Below are positions 26,914-37,497 of a stretch of 64,000 bases of DNA, one piece after another (the stretch's first letter is position 1; each line of letters begins with the position of its first letter). The notes under the pieces are model-generated. The model was not told the origin of the DNA. It saw only the letters and a list, made by a program, of their open reading frames with translations, and made no database searches. The DNA comes from Bowdeniella nasicola. Lineage in GTDB: Bacteria; Actinomycetota; Actinomycetes; Actinomycetales; Actinomycetaceae. A program made the position numbers and the translations under genes. The stretch is taken from NCBI GenBank assembly GCA_030537895.1, contig JAUNVA010000002.1:69949-133948 (forward strand), read 5' to 3'.

Positions 26914-27439
26914 ACGGGCGCGCCTCCTCGGTGCACTCGCGGCGCTGCTCCTCGCGTTCACGGGATGCTCGAGCCCGAGCCCCGAGGTGGATTCTGACGA
27001 CGACGGCGCCCTGATCGCCCCACGGGTCGGTGCGAGCGCGCCGGATTTCTCACTCACAACCCTGCAGGGCGAGGATGTCGACCTCGCGGCGCTCCGTGGT
27101 AGCCCGACGTGGATCGTCTTCAACGCGACCTGGTGCGCGGCCTGCCGCGCCGAGGCACCCGATGTGCAGGCGGTGCACGACGCCGTCGGCGAGGACGCCT
27201 CGATCCTTGGCGTCTACATGGGCGAGGATGGCGCGTCGGTCGCGGGCTTCGCGGATCGGGTAGGGCTCACCTACACCCAGGCCGCCGATGCCGACCAGGA
27301 GGTCTCCCGTAGCTATGGCGTGGTTGGCGTGCCTCAGCACTTCTTCCTCGACGCCGAGGGAACCGTTGTCGCCGTCGTTTCTGGCGGGCTGACCGAAGAA
27401 GCGGCGCTCGAGTATCTCGCCGAGGCAGGGCTGCCCTAG
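26906..27439 (+). CDS. TlpA/ResA-like thioredoxin-fold thiol-disulfide oxidoreductase lipoprotein
   Basis: ATG 26906 overlaps the ccsB stop. Lipobox LLAFTGC. Active site WCAAC within FNATWCAACRAE. Confidence 0.85.
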   Translation: MRKRARLLGALAALLLAFTGCSSPSPEVDSDDDGALIAPRVGASAPDFSLTTLQGEDVDLAALRGSPTWIVFNATWCAACRAEAPDVQAVHDAVGEDASILGVYMGEDGASVAGFADRVGLTYTQAADADQEVSRSYGVVGVPQHFFLDAEGTVVAVVSGGLTEEAALEYLAEAGLP

Positions 27440-27469
27440 GGGATTTGCGACTGTGGCGGAGCACCGCCG

Positions 27470-27955
27470 CTAGGTGATCTCCCACGGTTCGACATCGCCG
27501 GCGATGGCGGTGAAGAGTGGGTGCAGGGGGAGTGGCCCGTTCAGAAGTCCGGAGGCCTCCAGGTCGGTGAGCCACGCCGGGCGGCGGGAGAGCAGTTTCG
27601 CGCGCAGATGGTGCCACTCGTAATCGACCTGCCCCACGGTGACGGGCACGGTGCCAGTGAGCGATGCGAGGGCGTGCGCGGCGTCCAGCTGAGGCGCGCA
27701 ATCCTCGCTCTGGGCCTCGATCAGACGACGGTTAAAGGAATAGCCGCGCGCATCGGCCTCGTCGGCGAGGCCCGCCAGGTAGGCACGCACCCCCAAGACG
27801 GGGTCGTCCAGGGCGCGTAGTCGGATGAGCTGAGGGTGGCGCGTATAGCCGCGGGTACGCCCGCGCAGGACCTTCAGGGCTAAGAGGGATTCGCGCCAAC
27901 ACGCCACAAGACCAGCGGAGTCGAGGAGGCGGGGACTGAGGGACCACAGACGCAT
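27470..27955 (-). CDS. Pyrimidine-dimer DNA glycosylase-like protein (Pyr_excise/endonuclease V-like family)
   Basis: Start ATG 27955. MRLWSLSPRLLDSAGLVACWRESLLALKVLRGRTRGYTRHPQL matches the family's characteristic N-terminus as I recall it. Confidence 0.6.
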   Translation of the reverse strand: MRLWSLSPRLLDSAGLVACWRESLLALKVLRGRTRGYTRHPQLIRLRALDDPVLGVRAYLAGLADEADARGYSFNRRLIEAQSEDCAPQLDAAHALASLTGTVPVTVGQVDYEWHHLRAKLLSRRPAWLTDLEASGLLNGPLPLHPLFTAIAGDVEPWEIT

Positions 27956-28077
27956 GGGCTCAGTATTCCAGGGCGCCATGCCAGGGCGCTGCGCTACTTC
28001 CGAGCGGCACGGCGAGAAGCCGGGGCCGCACCCCGTCCCGAACGTCGCGTCCGCACCGGGCAGCGTAGCCTGAGAGC

Positions 28078-29685
28078 ATGTGTCCCGCCCCGCCACCGCC
28101 GGATCCGAGCGGTGAGATCGCCGCCCTGCAGGCCGACCTCGAGGACTACCGCGTCGACCGTCTCGAGGCCCTGCTCAGCCCCGTTGCCCGCGCCGCCCTG
28201 GACCGCGACCAGCTGGTACCGGCGCTCGCGGAACTTCGTCGCGTAGCCGACGCGGGCGGGGCGGACCGTCGGCTCGCCCTCCTGACCCTGCTCTTTGCCC
28301 TCGGTGAGCCTCTGACCACCGCTGAGCTCGATGAGGCACTCCCGACCGTGGGGCACTCCGGCGCGCTCGAGGCGAACCTCGTTGTGCCGGTCGAGGGTAC
28401 GGGACGGGTACGCGCCGCCGTCGATCTGAGTCCCGTTGACCTCCCGGAGCAGGTGCGTTGGCTCGCATCCGACCTGCACCAGCGGGTCAACGGTCGCGCA
28501 CTGCCTCCGTGGCACGTGCTTGGGGTCGGGGGCGCCTCACTAGCACTCGCCTCGCTCCTACCGGAGGGGGAGGTGTCCCGGGTGCTCGATTTAGGGACCG
28601 GCTGCGGCGTGCAGGCGCTCACGCTCGCCGGGCGGGCGCGCCACATCGTGGCCACTGACATCTCCGAGCGAGCTCTCGCCTTTGCGGCATTCAATGACGC
28701 GCTGAACCGCGGCGGCCCCCGCGAGGATTCGGTGGCCACCTCGGTGGGGAGCCCCACCATCGAGCTGCGTCGCGGCTCACTGCTCGAGCCCGTCGCGGGG
28801 GAGACGTTCGACCTCGTCGTCTCGAACCCGCCGTTCGTCATTACCCCGCGCGCCGCCTATGCCGCGGGCCTTCCGGTCATGACGTACCGCGACGCCGGCA
28901 CCCAGGCGACGGGCGACGCCGTGATGCGTGGCCTGCTGACGGACCTCGGCGCGCATCTGACGCCGGGTGGACGGGCCGTCATCATCGGTAACTGGGAGGT
29001 GTGCGACGAGGATCCCTACGGCGCCCTGACACGTGTGCTTGAGGAGGCCGAGCGGCACGGCGGCGTGACGCTTGACTCCTGGGTCGTGCGCCGCGATGCC
29101 CAGGACCCGGCCGAATACGCGGAGATGTGGTTGGCCGACGGTGGCGCTGACCTCGACGCCGAGATGAGCCACCAGATCTATCGCGCCTACCTCAAGGACT
29201 TTGCGGCCCGCGGCGTACGCGAGGTGGCCTTCGGCTACATCCTGCTGACCAGATCCGCGCACGAGAGCCGGCCGAGTCTGCACTGCGCCGACACCTACAC
29301 CCACGCGCGAGCTCCCCTCGGGCCGACCCTGTGGCGACTCTTCGACGTGCGCCGAATGCTCTCCGAGCGGAGCGACGCCGACGTGGCGGGGGCGTGTATC
29401 CGCGCGGAGCACGACGTCACGATGGAGCACCACTTCCGCATCGGGGAGAGTGCACCAGAAGCCATCACGCTCACCCAAGGCGGTGGGCTCGGCCTCACGA
29501 TCCGGGCGGGTACCGAGCTCGCCGGCCTGATCTCCGCTGCGGACGGCTCCCTGACGGTGGAGCAGATTGCCGGTGCGCTCGCCGCGCTGCTCGATACCGA
29601 TGGGGAGGAGATGCGCGCCGCCTGCATCGCCCATGCCCGGCGTCTTGCCTCGGATGGTTTTGTGACGCTCGAATGTGCGCGGTGA
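28078..29685 (+). CDS. Large SAM-dependent methyltransferase (HemK/N5-glutamine-MTase-like core with extra N- and C-terminal domains)
   Basis: Motif I VLDLGTGCGVQAL and the catalytic-type tetrapeptide NPPF (VVSNPPFV). Confidence 0.75.
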   Translation: MCPAPPPPDPSGEIAALQADLEDYRVDRLEALLSPVARAALDRDQLVPALAELRRVADAGGADRRLALLTLLFALGEPLTTAELDEALPTVGHSGALEANLVVPVEGTGRVRAAVDLSPVDLPEQVRWLASDLHQRVNGRALPPWHVLGVGGASLALASLLPEGEVSRVLDLGTGCGVQALTLAGRARHIVATDISERALAFAAFNDALNRGGPREDSVATSVGSPTIELRRGSLLEPVAGETFDLVVSNPPFVITPRAAYAAGLPVMTYRDAGTQATGDAVMRGLLTDLGAHLTPGGRAVIIGNWEVCDEDPYGALTRVLEEAERHGGVTLDSWVVRRDAQDPAEYAEMWLADGGADLDAEMSHQIYRAYLKDFAARGVREVAFGYILLTRSAHESRPSLHCADTYTHARAPLGPTLWRLFDVRRMLSERSDADVAGACIRAEHDVTMEHHFRIGESAPEAITLTQGGGLGLTIRAGTELAGLISAADGSLTVEQIAGALAALLDTDGEEMRAACIAHARRLASDGFVTLECAR

Positions 29686-29783
29686 CCTAGCGGGGCGGTG
29701 ACCCACCAGCACGGCACACCAGCGCGGGCGATAGTGGGGCAGTACTAAGCTTGCGCGCAAACTTTGTGGAATGAAGCGCCCGT

Positions 29784-29805
29784 TAACCTACGGTGGCGTA
29801 GGTTA
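29784..29805. promoter_or_regulatory. Perfect 8-bp inverted repeat (TAACCTAC-N6-GTAGGTTA), candidate operator 10 nt upstream of the reductase-desaturase operon
   Basis: Read directly from the sequence. It ends 10 nt before ATG 29816. Confidence 0.4.
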
Positions 29806-29815
29806 GCGTGAATTC

Positions 29816-30922
29816 ATGAGCTCCCGACCCCTCCGGCCGGAACCACCAGCGCCCGCACGCGGCCTCGCTCGCCGCCTTCGCTCGGGCGCCTACAAGCTCG
29901 CGAGTGCGCTCGCTACCCCTCTCGTCCCAGACGATTACCTTGATCTCGTCAACCCCCTGCGCGCGGGCGGGCCGCTACGAGCCCGCGTGATGTCGCGCCG
30001 GGCCGACACCGCCCGCACCGCGACGCTCACGTTGCGCGCTTCCGCCGACTGGGCCGGCCACCTGCCCGGCCAGTACGTGCGGATCGGGGTGGATATTGAC
30101 GGCGTCCGTCGCTGGCGCGCCTACTCCATCACGTCCCCGCCACACGAACGCGACTTTACGATCACGGTGACCACGGTCGACGCGGGTCTTGTCTCCACGC
30201 ACCTGGTACACGGCGACGTCCTCGGCACGATCGTCGTGCTCGAACAGGCGACCGGAGATTTCACGGTGCCCGACCCGCCACCCGAGAAGGTCCTGCTCAT
30301 CACGGGCGGCTCGGGTATCACGCCTGTCCTCGGGATGCTGCGCGCGGGCGCCTTCACCGATAGCGAGACAGTCCTGCTGCACTCTGTCAGTGAGGCCTCC
30401 GACCTCATCGCGACCGAAGAGTTTGCGGCATGGAAAGAAGCCGGGCGCTTCGACTATCGGGTACGCATCACTCGTACGGACGGCCATCTGAAACTGGCCG
30501 ACCTCGACGACGTCGTGCCCGATTGGCGCGACCGCCACACGTGGGCGTGCGGGCCCGCTGGCCTCCTCGACGATTGCGAGGGCCACTGGCAGATGGAGGG
30601 GCTCGAGGAACGTCTCCACGTGGAACGGTTCCGCACCCAGCTCGCCGCCGTTGGCGAGGGCGGCACCGTGACGTTCGCCGCGGCCGAGCGTTCTCTCGAT
30701 GTCGACGGCGCGACCCCGCTCCTGGATGCGGGTGAAGACGCGGGCATCCTCATGCCCTCGGGCTGTCGTATGGGCATCTGTTTCGGATGTCTTGCCCCGC
30801 TGCGCCACGGCAGCGTGCGTGACCTACGCGATGGCACTCTCACGACGGGCACCGATGAGGACCCGGTCCTCGTCCAAACGTGTGTCTCGGCGGCCGCCGG
30901 GGCCTGCACCATCGACCTGTAA
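29816..30922 (+). CDS. Ferredoxin-NAD(P) reductase-type flavoprotein with C-terminal 2Fe-2S domain (desaturase electron donor)
   Basis: FAD motif RAYSIT, NAD motif LLITGGSGITP, C-terminal CRMGICFGC...C plant-type ferredoxin cysteines. Confidence 0.85.
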   Translation: MSSRPLRPEPPAPARGLARRLRSGAYKLASALATPLVPDDYLDLVNPLRAGGPLRARVMSRRADTARTATLTLRASADWAGHLPGQYVRIGVDIDGVRRWRAYSITSPPHERDFTITVTTVDAGLVSTHLVHGDVLGTIVVLEQATGDFTVPDPPPEKVLLITGGSGITPVLGMLRAGAFTDSETVLLHSVSEASDLIATEEFAAWKEAGRFDYRVRITRTDGHLKLADLDDVVPDWRDRHTWACGPAGLLDDCEGHWQMEGLEERLHVERFRTQLAAVGEGGTVTFAAAERSLDVDGATPLLDAGEDAGILMPSGCRMGICFGCLAPLRHGSVRDLRDGTLTTGTDEDPVLVQTCVSAAAGACTIDL

Positions 30923-30948
30923 CCGTGCCGATATCGAAGGACCGAGAG

Positions 30949-32136
30949 ATGACGACCCTAACCCCCGAACCGAAGGCCCGGCCCCGCCCCGCCCCACATC
31001 TCAGCGACGCACAGGTCGCAGAACTTGCGGCTGAACTTGACGCGCTACGAAGCGAAGTGCTCGCCAAGCGCGGCGGTGAGGACGCCGCCTACATCAGGCG
31101 CGTGATCGCAACGCAACGCTGGCTGGAGGTCGGCTCGCGCACCGTTCTCCTGTTCTCCGGTTTCCGGCCCGCCTGGTGGCTGGGCACGTTCGGACTCGCC
31201 GTCGCGAAGATCCTCGAGAACATGGAGATCGGGCACAACGTCATGCACGGTCAGTGGGATTGGATGCGCGATCCCGATATTCACTCGTCGACCTGGGAAT
31301 GGGATCACGCCTCGCCGGCTGCGCAGTGGAAGTATTCCCACAATCATCTGCACCACACGTACACGAACGTGATCGACCGGGACAACGACCTCGGCTACGG
31401 GATCATGCGTGTGAGTGAGGACCAGCCCTGGGAGCTGTTCCACCTCGGCCAGCCCCTGTGGAACCTCGTGAATGCCGCGATTTTCGAGTATTCGATCGCC
31501 GCGTATGACCTCGAACTCGGTCCCTACCTGAAGGGCGAGTCGACGAAGAGCACGGAAGAATTCAAAGCGGAGGCGCGCGCCGTCCTCGAGAAAATCAAGC
31601 GGCAGGCAACAAAGGACTACGTGATTCACCCGATCATGTCCGGCCCGAACATCCTGCACACGTTGAGCGCAAATCTCGTCGCCAACCTCATCCGCAACGT
31701 GTGGAGCCACTCGGTCATCATCTGTGGGCATTTCCCCGAGGGAGTGGAGACCTTCGAGACGGACTCGATCGAGGGGGAAACGCGCGGCGAGTGGTACCTG
31801 CGGCAGATGACCGGATCGGCAAACATTTCCGGGTCCCCGCTGCTTCACCTCATGACGGGGAATCTCTCCCACCAGATCGAACATCACCTGTTCCCGGATT
31901 TGCCTTCCTCGCGCTACGCGGAGGTAGCGCCCCGGATCCGCGAGATCATGGACCGCTACCAGCTGCGCTACGTCACGGGCCCAATGCCCCGGCAGGTCGC
32001 GAGCGTGACGAAGAAGATCTTCGCGCTCGCGCTACCGAACCGGGATCCGAAGCGTTCGCGGTTCGGACAGATTGCCGACGCGGTGCGCGACACGGTTGCC
32101 AGCGTGCGGGCGGCCCGCACTCGCCGACGCGCCTAG
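30949..32136 (+). CDS. Membrane fatty-acid (acyl-CoA/acyl-lipid) desaturase, DesA3-like
   Basis: Three His boxes HNVMHG, HNHLHH and HQIEHH. Start ATG 30949. Confidence 0.88.
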   Translation: MTTLTPEPKARPRPAPHLSDAQVAELAAELDALRSEVLAKRGGEDAAYIRRVIATQRWLEVGSRTVLLFSGFRPAWWLGTFGLAVAKILENMEIGHNVMHGQWDWMRDPDIHSSTWEWDHASPAAQWKYSHNHLHHTYTNVIDRDNDLGYGIMRVSEDQPWELFHLGQPLWNLVNAAIFEYSIAAYDLELGPYLKGESTKSTEEFKAEARAVLEKIKRQATKDYVIHPIMSGPNILHTLSANLVANLIRNVWSHSVIICGHFPEGVETFETDSIEGETRGEWYLRQMTGSANISGSPLLHLMTGNLSHQIEHHLFPDLPSSRYAEVAPRIREIMDRYQLRYVTGPMPRQVASVTKKIFALALPNRDPKRSRFGQIADAVRDTVASVRAARTRRRA

Positions 32137-32346
32137 GGGCAAGACGGGGCGGGCGACAGCGCCGTTCGGCGCCTCATCGGTGGTGACCGTGAGTGTGATC
32201 GTCACGGGGGCGCACCGCGACACCTGAGTGCGCAAACGGGCCGGGGGATTTCGGTGCTCGAACGGGGGCGACGGTCTCGCGAGTGGGACGGTAGGCTCAC
32301 GATGGCAGCGCCGCCCACGTCCCACTCGCTCACCGACGGAGGATCC

Positions 32347-34647
32347 ATGACCGAGACCGCGCCCGCCCACCATCCCGACACCATCGAAGACGCCGCCGCA
32401 AGTGCGGACCGTGAGATGCCGTACGCGGAGCTCGGGCTCACCGGCGAGGAATACCAGCGGATCGTCGACCTCCTCGGGCGTCGGCCCACCGCGGCGGAGC
32501 TCGCCATGTACTCGGTGATGTGGTCCGAGCACTGCTCCTACAAGTCCTCGAAGATCCATCTGAAGACCTTCTCAGAGAAGACGACCGAACAGATGCGCTC
32601 CCACCTGCTCGTCGGCATCGGGCAGAACGCCGGCGTCGTCGATATCGGTGACGGATGGGCGGTAACCTTCAAGGTCGAATCCCACAACCATCCCTCCTAC
32701 GTCGAGCCGTATCAGGGTGCCGCGACCGGTGTTGGCGGGATCGTGCGCGACATCATCTCGATGGGAGCTCGCCCCGTCGCCGTCATGGATCAGCTGCGCT
32801 TCGGCGCGATCGATCACCCCGACACGGCTCGCATTGTGCACGGCGTCGTCGAGGGAATCGGCGGATATGGCAACTGCCTCGGTTTGCCGAACATCGGTGG
32901 CGAAACCGAGTTTGACCCCTGTTACCAGGGCAACCCACTCGTGAACGCCCTGTGTGTCGGCGTGATGCGGCACGAGGACATCCACCTCGCGAACGCGACC
33001 GGTGAGGGCAATCACGTCGTTCTCTTCGGCGCCCGGACTGGCGGCGACGGCATCGGTGGGGCCTCCATCTTGGCCTCGGAGACCTTCGACGAGGACGGCC
33101 CGGCGAAGCGCCCGAGCGTGCAGGTCGGCGACCCATTCATGGAAAAGGTCCTCATTGAATGCTGTCTCGAACTGTTCGAGGGCGAACTCGTGGAAGCCAT
33201 CCAGGACCTCGGCGCCGCCGGAATCTCGTGTGCCACCTCCGAACTCGCCTCCAACGGTGACTCGGGCATGCACGTCGACCTCGAAACCGTTCTGCTGCGC
33301 GACCCGACCCTGACGGCCGGCGAAATCCTCATGAGCGAATCCCAAGAGCGCATGATGGCCATCGTCGCCCCTGACAAGCTCGACGACTTCCTCGCCGTCA
33401 CTGCGCGCTGGGAGGTTGAGACCGCCGTCATCGGTCGCGTCACCGGCGACGGACGGCTCACGATTGACCACTTCGGGGAGCGCATCGTCGACGTCGACCC
33501 GAAGACGGTCGCCCACGAGGGGCCCACCTACGAGCGCCCCTACGAACGGCCCGCCTGGTTGGACGACGTGCAGGCCGACAGCGCCGCGAATCTGCCGCGC
33601 CCCGCGACGGCTGAGGATCTGCGCTCCGATCTCATCTCGCTCGTCAGCTCGCCGAATTGCGCGTCCGTCGCTTGGATCACCGACCAGTTCGACCGCTACG
33701 TGCAGGGCAATACGGCGCTCGCCCAGCCCGACGACGCCGGTGTGGTGCGGGTCGATGAGGAGACGGGACTCGGTGTCGCCATCGCGACGGACGCGAATCC
33801 TCGCTTCGCCTATCTCGATCCCTACGCGGGGGCGCAGGCCTCCCTCGCGGAGGCCTACCGCAACGTGGCGGTCGTGGGCGGGCGCCCGCGTGCCGTCACC
33901 GACTGTCTGAACTTCGGTAACCCGGAGCGGCCCGAGAACATGTGGCAGCTCGTGCAGGCAATCGAGGGTCTCGCCGATGGCTGCGCGGAACTCGGCATCC
34001 CCGTGACCGGCGGCAACGTCTCCCTGTACAACACGACGGGCGAGGACGCGATCCACCCGACGCCCGTGGTGGGCGTCCTCGGCGTTGTCGAGGACACGGC
34101 CCGCGTCGTCCCCTCCGGGTGGCATACCGAGGGCCTGAACGTTGTGCTGCTTGGCGTCACACGCGACGAGCTCGATGGCTCCGAGTGGGCTCGTGCCCTG
34201 CACCGCCACCTCGGCGGGCGCCCCCCGCTCGTGAACCTCGACGCCGAACGCCGCCTCGCCAAGACCCTCATCCGCTACGCGGAGCGCGGCGTCTCCCACG
34301 CGGCGCACGACATCTCACGTGGCGGCCTCGCGCACGCCCTCACCGAGGCGTGCACCCGGTTCTCTATGGGAGCGCAGATCGTGATCGATCAGATCGGTAC
34401 CGATGCTGAGGTGGATGACTGTGCCGTCCTCTTCTCAGAGTCTGGTGCCCGCGCGCTGGTCGCCGTGCAGGATGCGGACATGCCGCGTGCTCGCGAGCTC
34501 GCCGAGCACTTCTCGGTGCCGCTTGCCGTGATCGGTCGTACCGGCGGGGAGGACCTCGTGTTGAATACCCGTGTCGGGCAGGTACGCCTGCCCGTGAGCG
34601 AGTTGGCTGCGCGACGCGATGCGACGCTCCCCGAGCGATTCGCCTAA
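32347..34647 (+). CDS. purL: Phosphoribosylformylglycinamidine synthase subunit PurL
   Basis: Start ATG 32347 after [39 protein letters not shown] and the duplicated AIR-synthase-like fold. Confidence 0.95.
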   Translation: MTETAPAHHPDTIEDAAASADREMPYAELGLTGEEYQRIVDLLGRRPTAAELAMYSVMWSEHCSYKSSKIHLKTFSEKTTEQMRSHLLVGIGQNAGVVDIGDGWAVTFKVESHNHPSYVEPYQGAATGVGGIVRDIISMGARPVAVMDQLRFGAIDHPDTARIVHGVVEGIGGYGNCLGLPNIGGETEFDPCYQGNPLVNALCVGVMRHEDIHLANATGEGNHVVLFGARTGGDGIGGASILASETFDEDGPAKRPSVQVGDPFMEKVLIECCLELFEGELVEAIQDLGAAGISCATSELASNGDSGMHVDLETVLLRDPTLTAGEILMSESQERMMAIVAPDKLDDFLAVTARWEVETAVIGRVTGDGRLTIDHFGERIVDVDPKTVAHEGPTYERPYERPAWLDDVQADSAANLPRPATAEDLRSDLISLVSSPNCASVAWITDQFDRYVQGNTALAQPDDAGVVRVDEETGLGVAIATDANPRFAYLDPYAGAQASLAEAYRNVAVVGGRPRAVTDCLNFGNPERPENMWQLVQAIEGLADGCAELGIPVTGGNVSLYNTTGEDAIHPTPVVGVLGVVEDTARVVPSGWHTEGLNVVLLGVTRDELDGSEWARALHRHLGGRPPLVNLDAERRLAKTLIRYAERGVSHAAHDISRGGLAHALTEACTRFSMGAQIVIDQIGTDAEVDDCAVLFSESGARALVAVQDADMPRARELAEHFSVPLAVIGRTGGEDLVLNTRVGQVRLPVSELAARRDATLPERFA

Positions 34648-34731
34648 TTCAACGGAATGTAGACCCGTGTTTTGCCATGTGGTCACCATGCCTTGGTCTT
34701 GGCGATACCCGTGTAACCTGGGCTCCGATAA

Positions 34732-36129
<1,398 letters not shown>

Positions 36130-36142
36130 CACCCATACGTTG

Positions 36143-36176
36143 CGTTCCCCGCCACCCGAGAGGGTGGCGGGGAACG
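36143..36176. terminator. Strong bidirectional hairpin between convergent gdhA and the 36226-37497 gene
   Basis: 15-bp perfect stem CGTTCCCCGCCACCC / GGGTGGCGGGGAACG with a GAGA loop. Confidence 0.75.
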
Positions 36177-36225
36177 TCGTCTGTCACGACTGGTGCTGGC
36201 CGTGTGGCGGCGGGGAGGGCCACAC

Positions 36226-37497
36226 TCAGTGCCGTGTGCGCACGGTGGTGCTGAGCATCGCGCTCGCCGCCGCCGCGCCGAGCCGCACGAGGAGGCCGGG
36301 CCGCCACATTCCTGCGGGCACCGCGAGACCGGTCCAGGGGGTCGTATCGACGTCGGGCCAGGCGAGACCCGCCACGAGAAAAGCTGCCGCGAGTCGGGCG
36401 GCACTCGCCGCGGGCGCCGGATAGATACCGAACCGTGGAGCCGCACTGAGTGCGGCGGCGAGGCGCTCGGTGCGTTGAACGGACGCCGTCCTCGCGGGCG
36501 GCAGCGTCGGCGTCAGGACGCGGTGCCCGGCCTCGGTGAGCAGCGCGGCGCGCCAGCGCGCCACCCGCTTGGCGGCGAGGTAGTTCGGTCCTTGGAGCGC
36601 GAGACTTGCATCGACGAGTGTCGGTCCCACCCACAGGATCTCGCTTGGGGTACCGCAATAGGCGATGCTTACGTCGGGCCGGGCCCGCGTGAGCAGGGAG
36701 ATGACGAGATCGGATCCGAGCGCCGCCTGCAGATGGGAGCGGCCGGGCGCGTAGAGCGAATCGACGACGACGATCGGGCCCGGCAATGCCGCCAGGTGGG
36801 TGGCAAGCCCGCGGGGGTTTTCGACAACGTCACTCACTTCGGCGGGTGCGAAGGTGAGGCGGCCAGGCGCAGCCCGTGCGGCCCGCTCGAGCGCTTCGCG
36901 GCGCCGGGAGGTCGACCGGATTACGGCATGGACTTGGGCCCCGGCCTCCAGGAGGGGGATCGTGGGCGCGAGCTCAGCGCCCGCACCGAGGACGACGACG
37001 CGTGTGGCTGGCAGAGACCACGCCTCGGGGTGTGCTCGCACCCAGGTGAGCGCGGCACGCGCTCCGGGACTCATCAGGCCGTCGACAAGGCCATACTCGG
37101 GCAGGTTGGGCGCGGGGCAGCGCGCCTCGGCGGGGGAGGTGGCGGGCGCGACCGTAGGCGCCTGGTGCGTGTGATCGAAGGTCACCGGTGCGGGGGAAAG
37201 GGGGGTGACGGGGGAATCCGTGGCCACGCGATGCGGCGGGGGCGGCACGGAGGCGAGCGGCGTGCCATCCGGCAGGCGGATGTCCCGGTAGAGGCTGGCA
37301 AGGGCGGCACGGGCCGCCTCGACGCTGCCCAGTGGCCCCGCCCGTCGGGTGAGGGTGCGGAACGCCGCACGGTAGCGGCGGCGCCAACGCGGATCGCCGA
37401 CGCGCGCCACGGGCGCTCCCCTTCCCACCTCGGCGGCCGCGGCGTTCAGAGCTCGCTGCACGGCGGGGGTGAGGGAGGAGACGCCGTCGAGTCTCAC
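36226..37497 (-). CDS. Hypothetical protein with a Rossmann-like VVVLGAGAELAP segment, translationally coupled to the MFS gene
   Basis: GTG 37497 overlaps the MFS stop (GTGA). The frame is coding-like from there to 36226. The upstream part of the 686-aa track ORF is antisense or out of frame to the MFS gene and was discarded. Confidence 0.55.
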   Translation of the reverse strand: MRLDGVSSLTPAVQRALNAAAAEVGRGAPVARVGDPRWRRRYRAAFRTLTRRAGPLGSVEAARAALASLYRDIRLPDGTPLASVPPPPHRVATDSPVTPLSPAPVTFDHTHQAPTVAPATSPAEARCPAPNLPEYGLVDGLMSPGARAALTWVRAHPEAWSLPATRVVVLGAGAELAPTIPLLEAGAQVHAVIRSTSRRREALERAARAAPGRLTFAPAEVSDVVENPRGLATHLAALPGPIVVVDSLYAPGRSHLQAALGSDLVISLLTRARPDVSIAYCGTPSEILWVGPTLVDASLALQGPNYLAAKRVARWRAALLTEAGHRVLTPTLPPARTASVQRTERLAAALSAAPRFGIYPAPAASAARLAAAFLVAGLAWPDVDTTPWTGLAVPAGMWRPGLLVRLGAAAASAMLSTTVRTRH

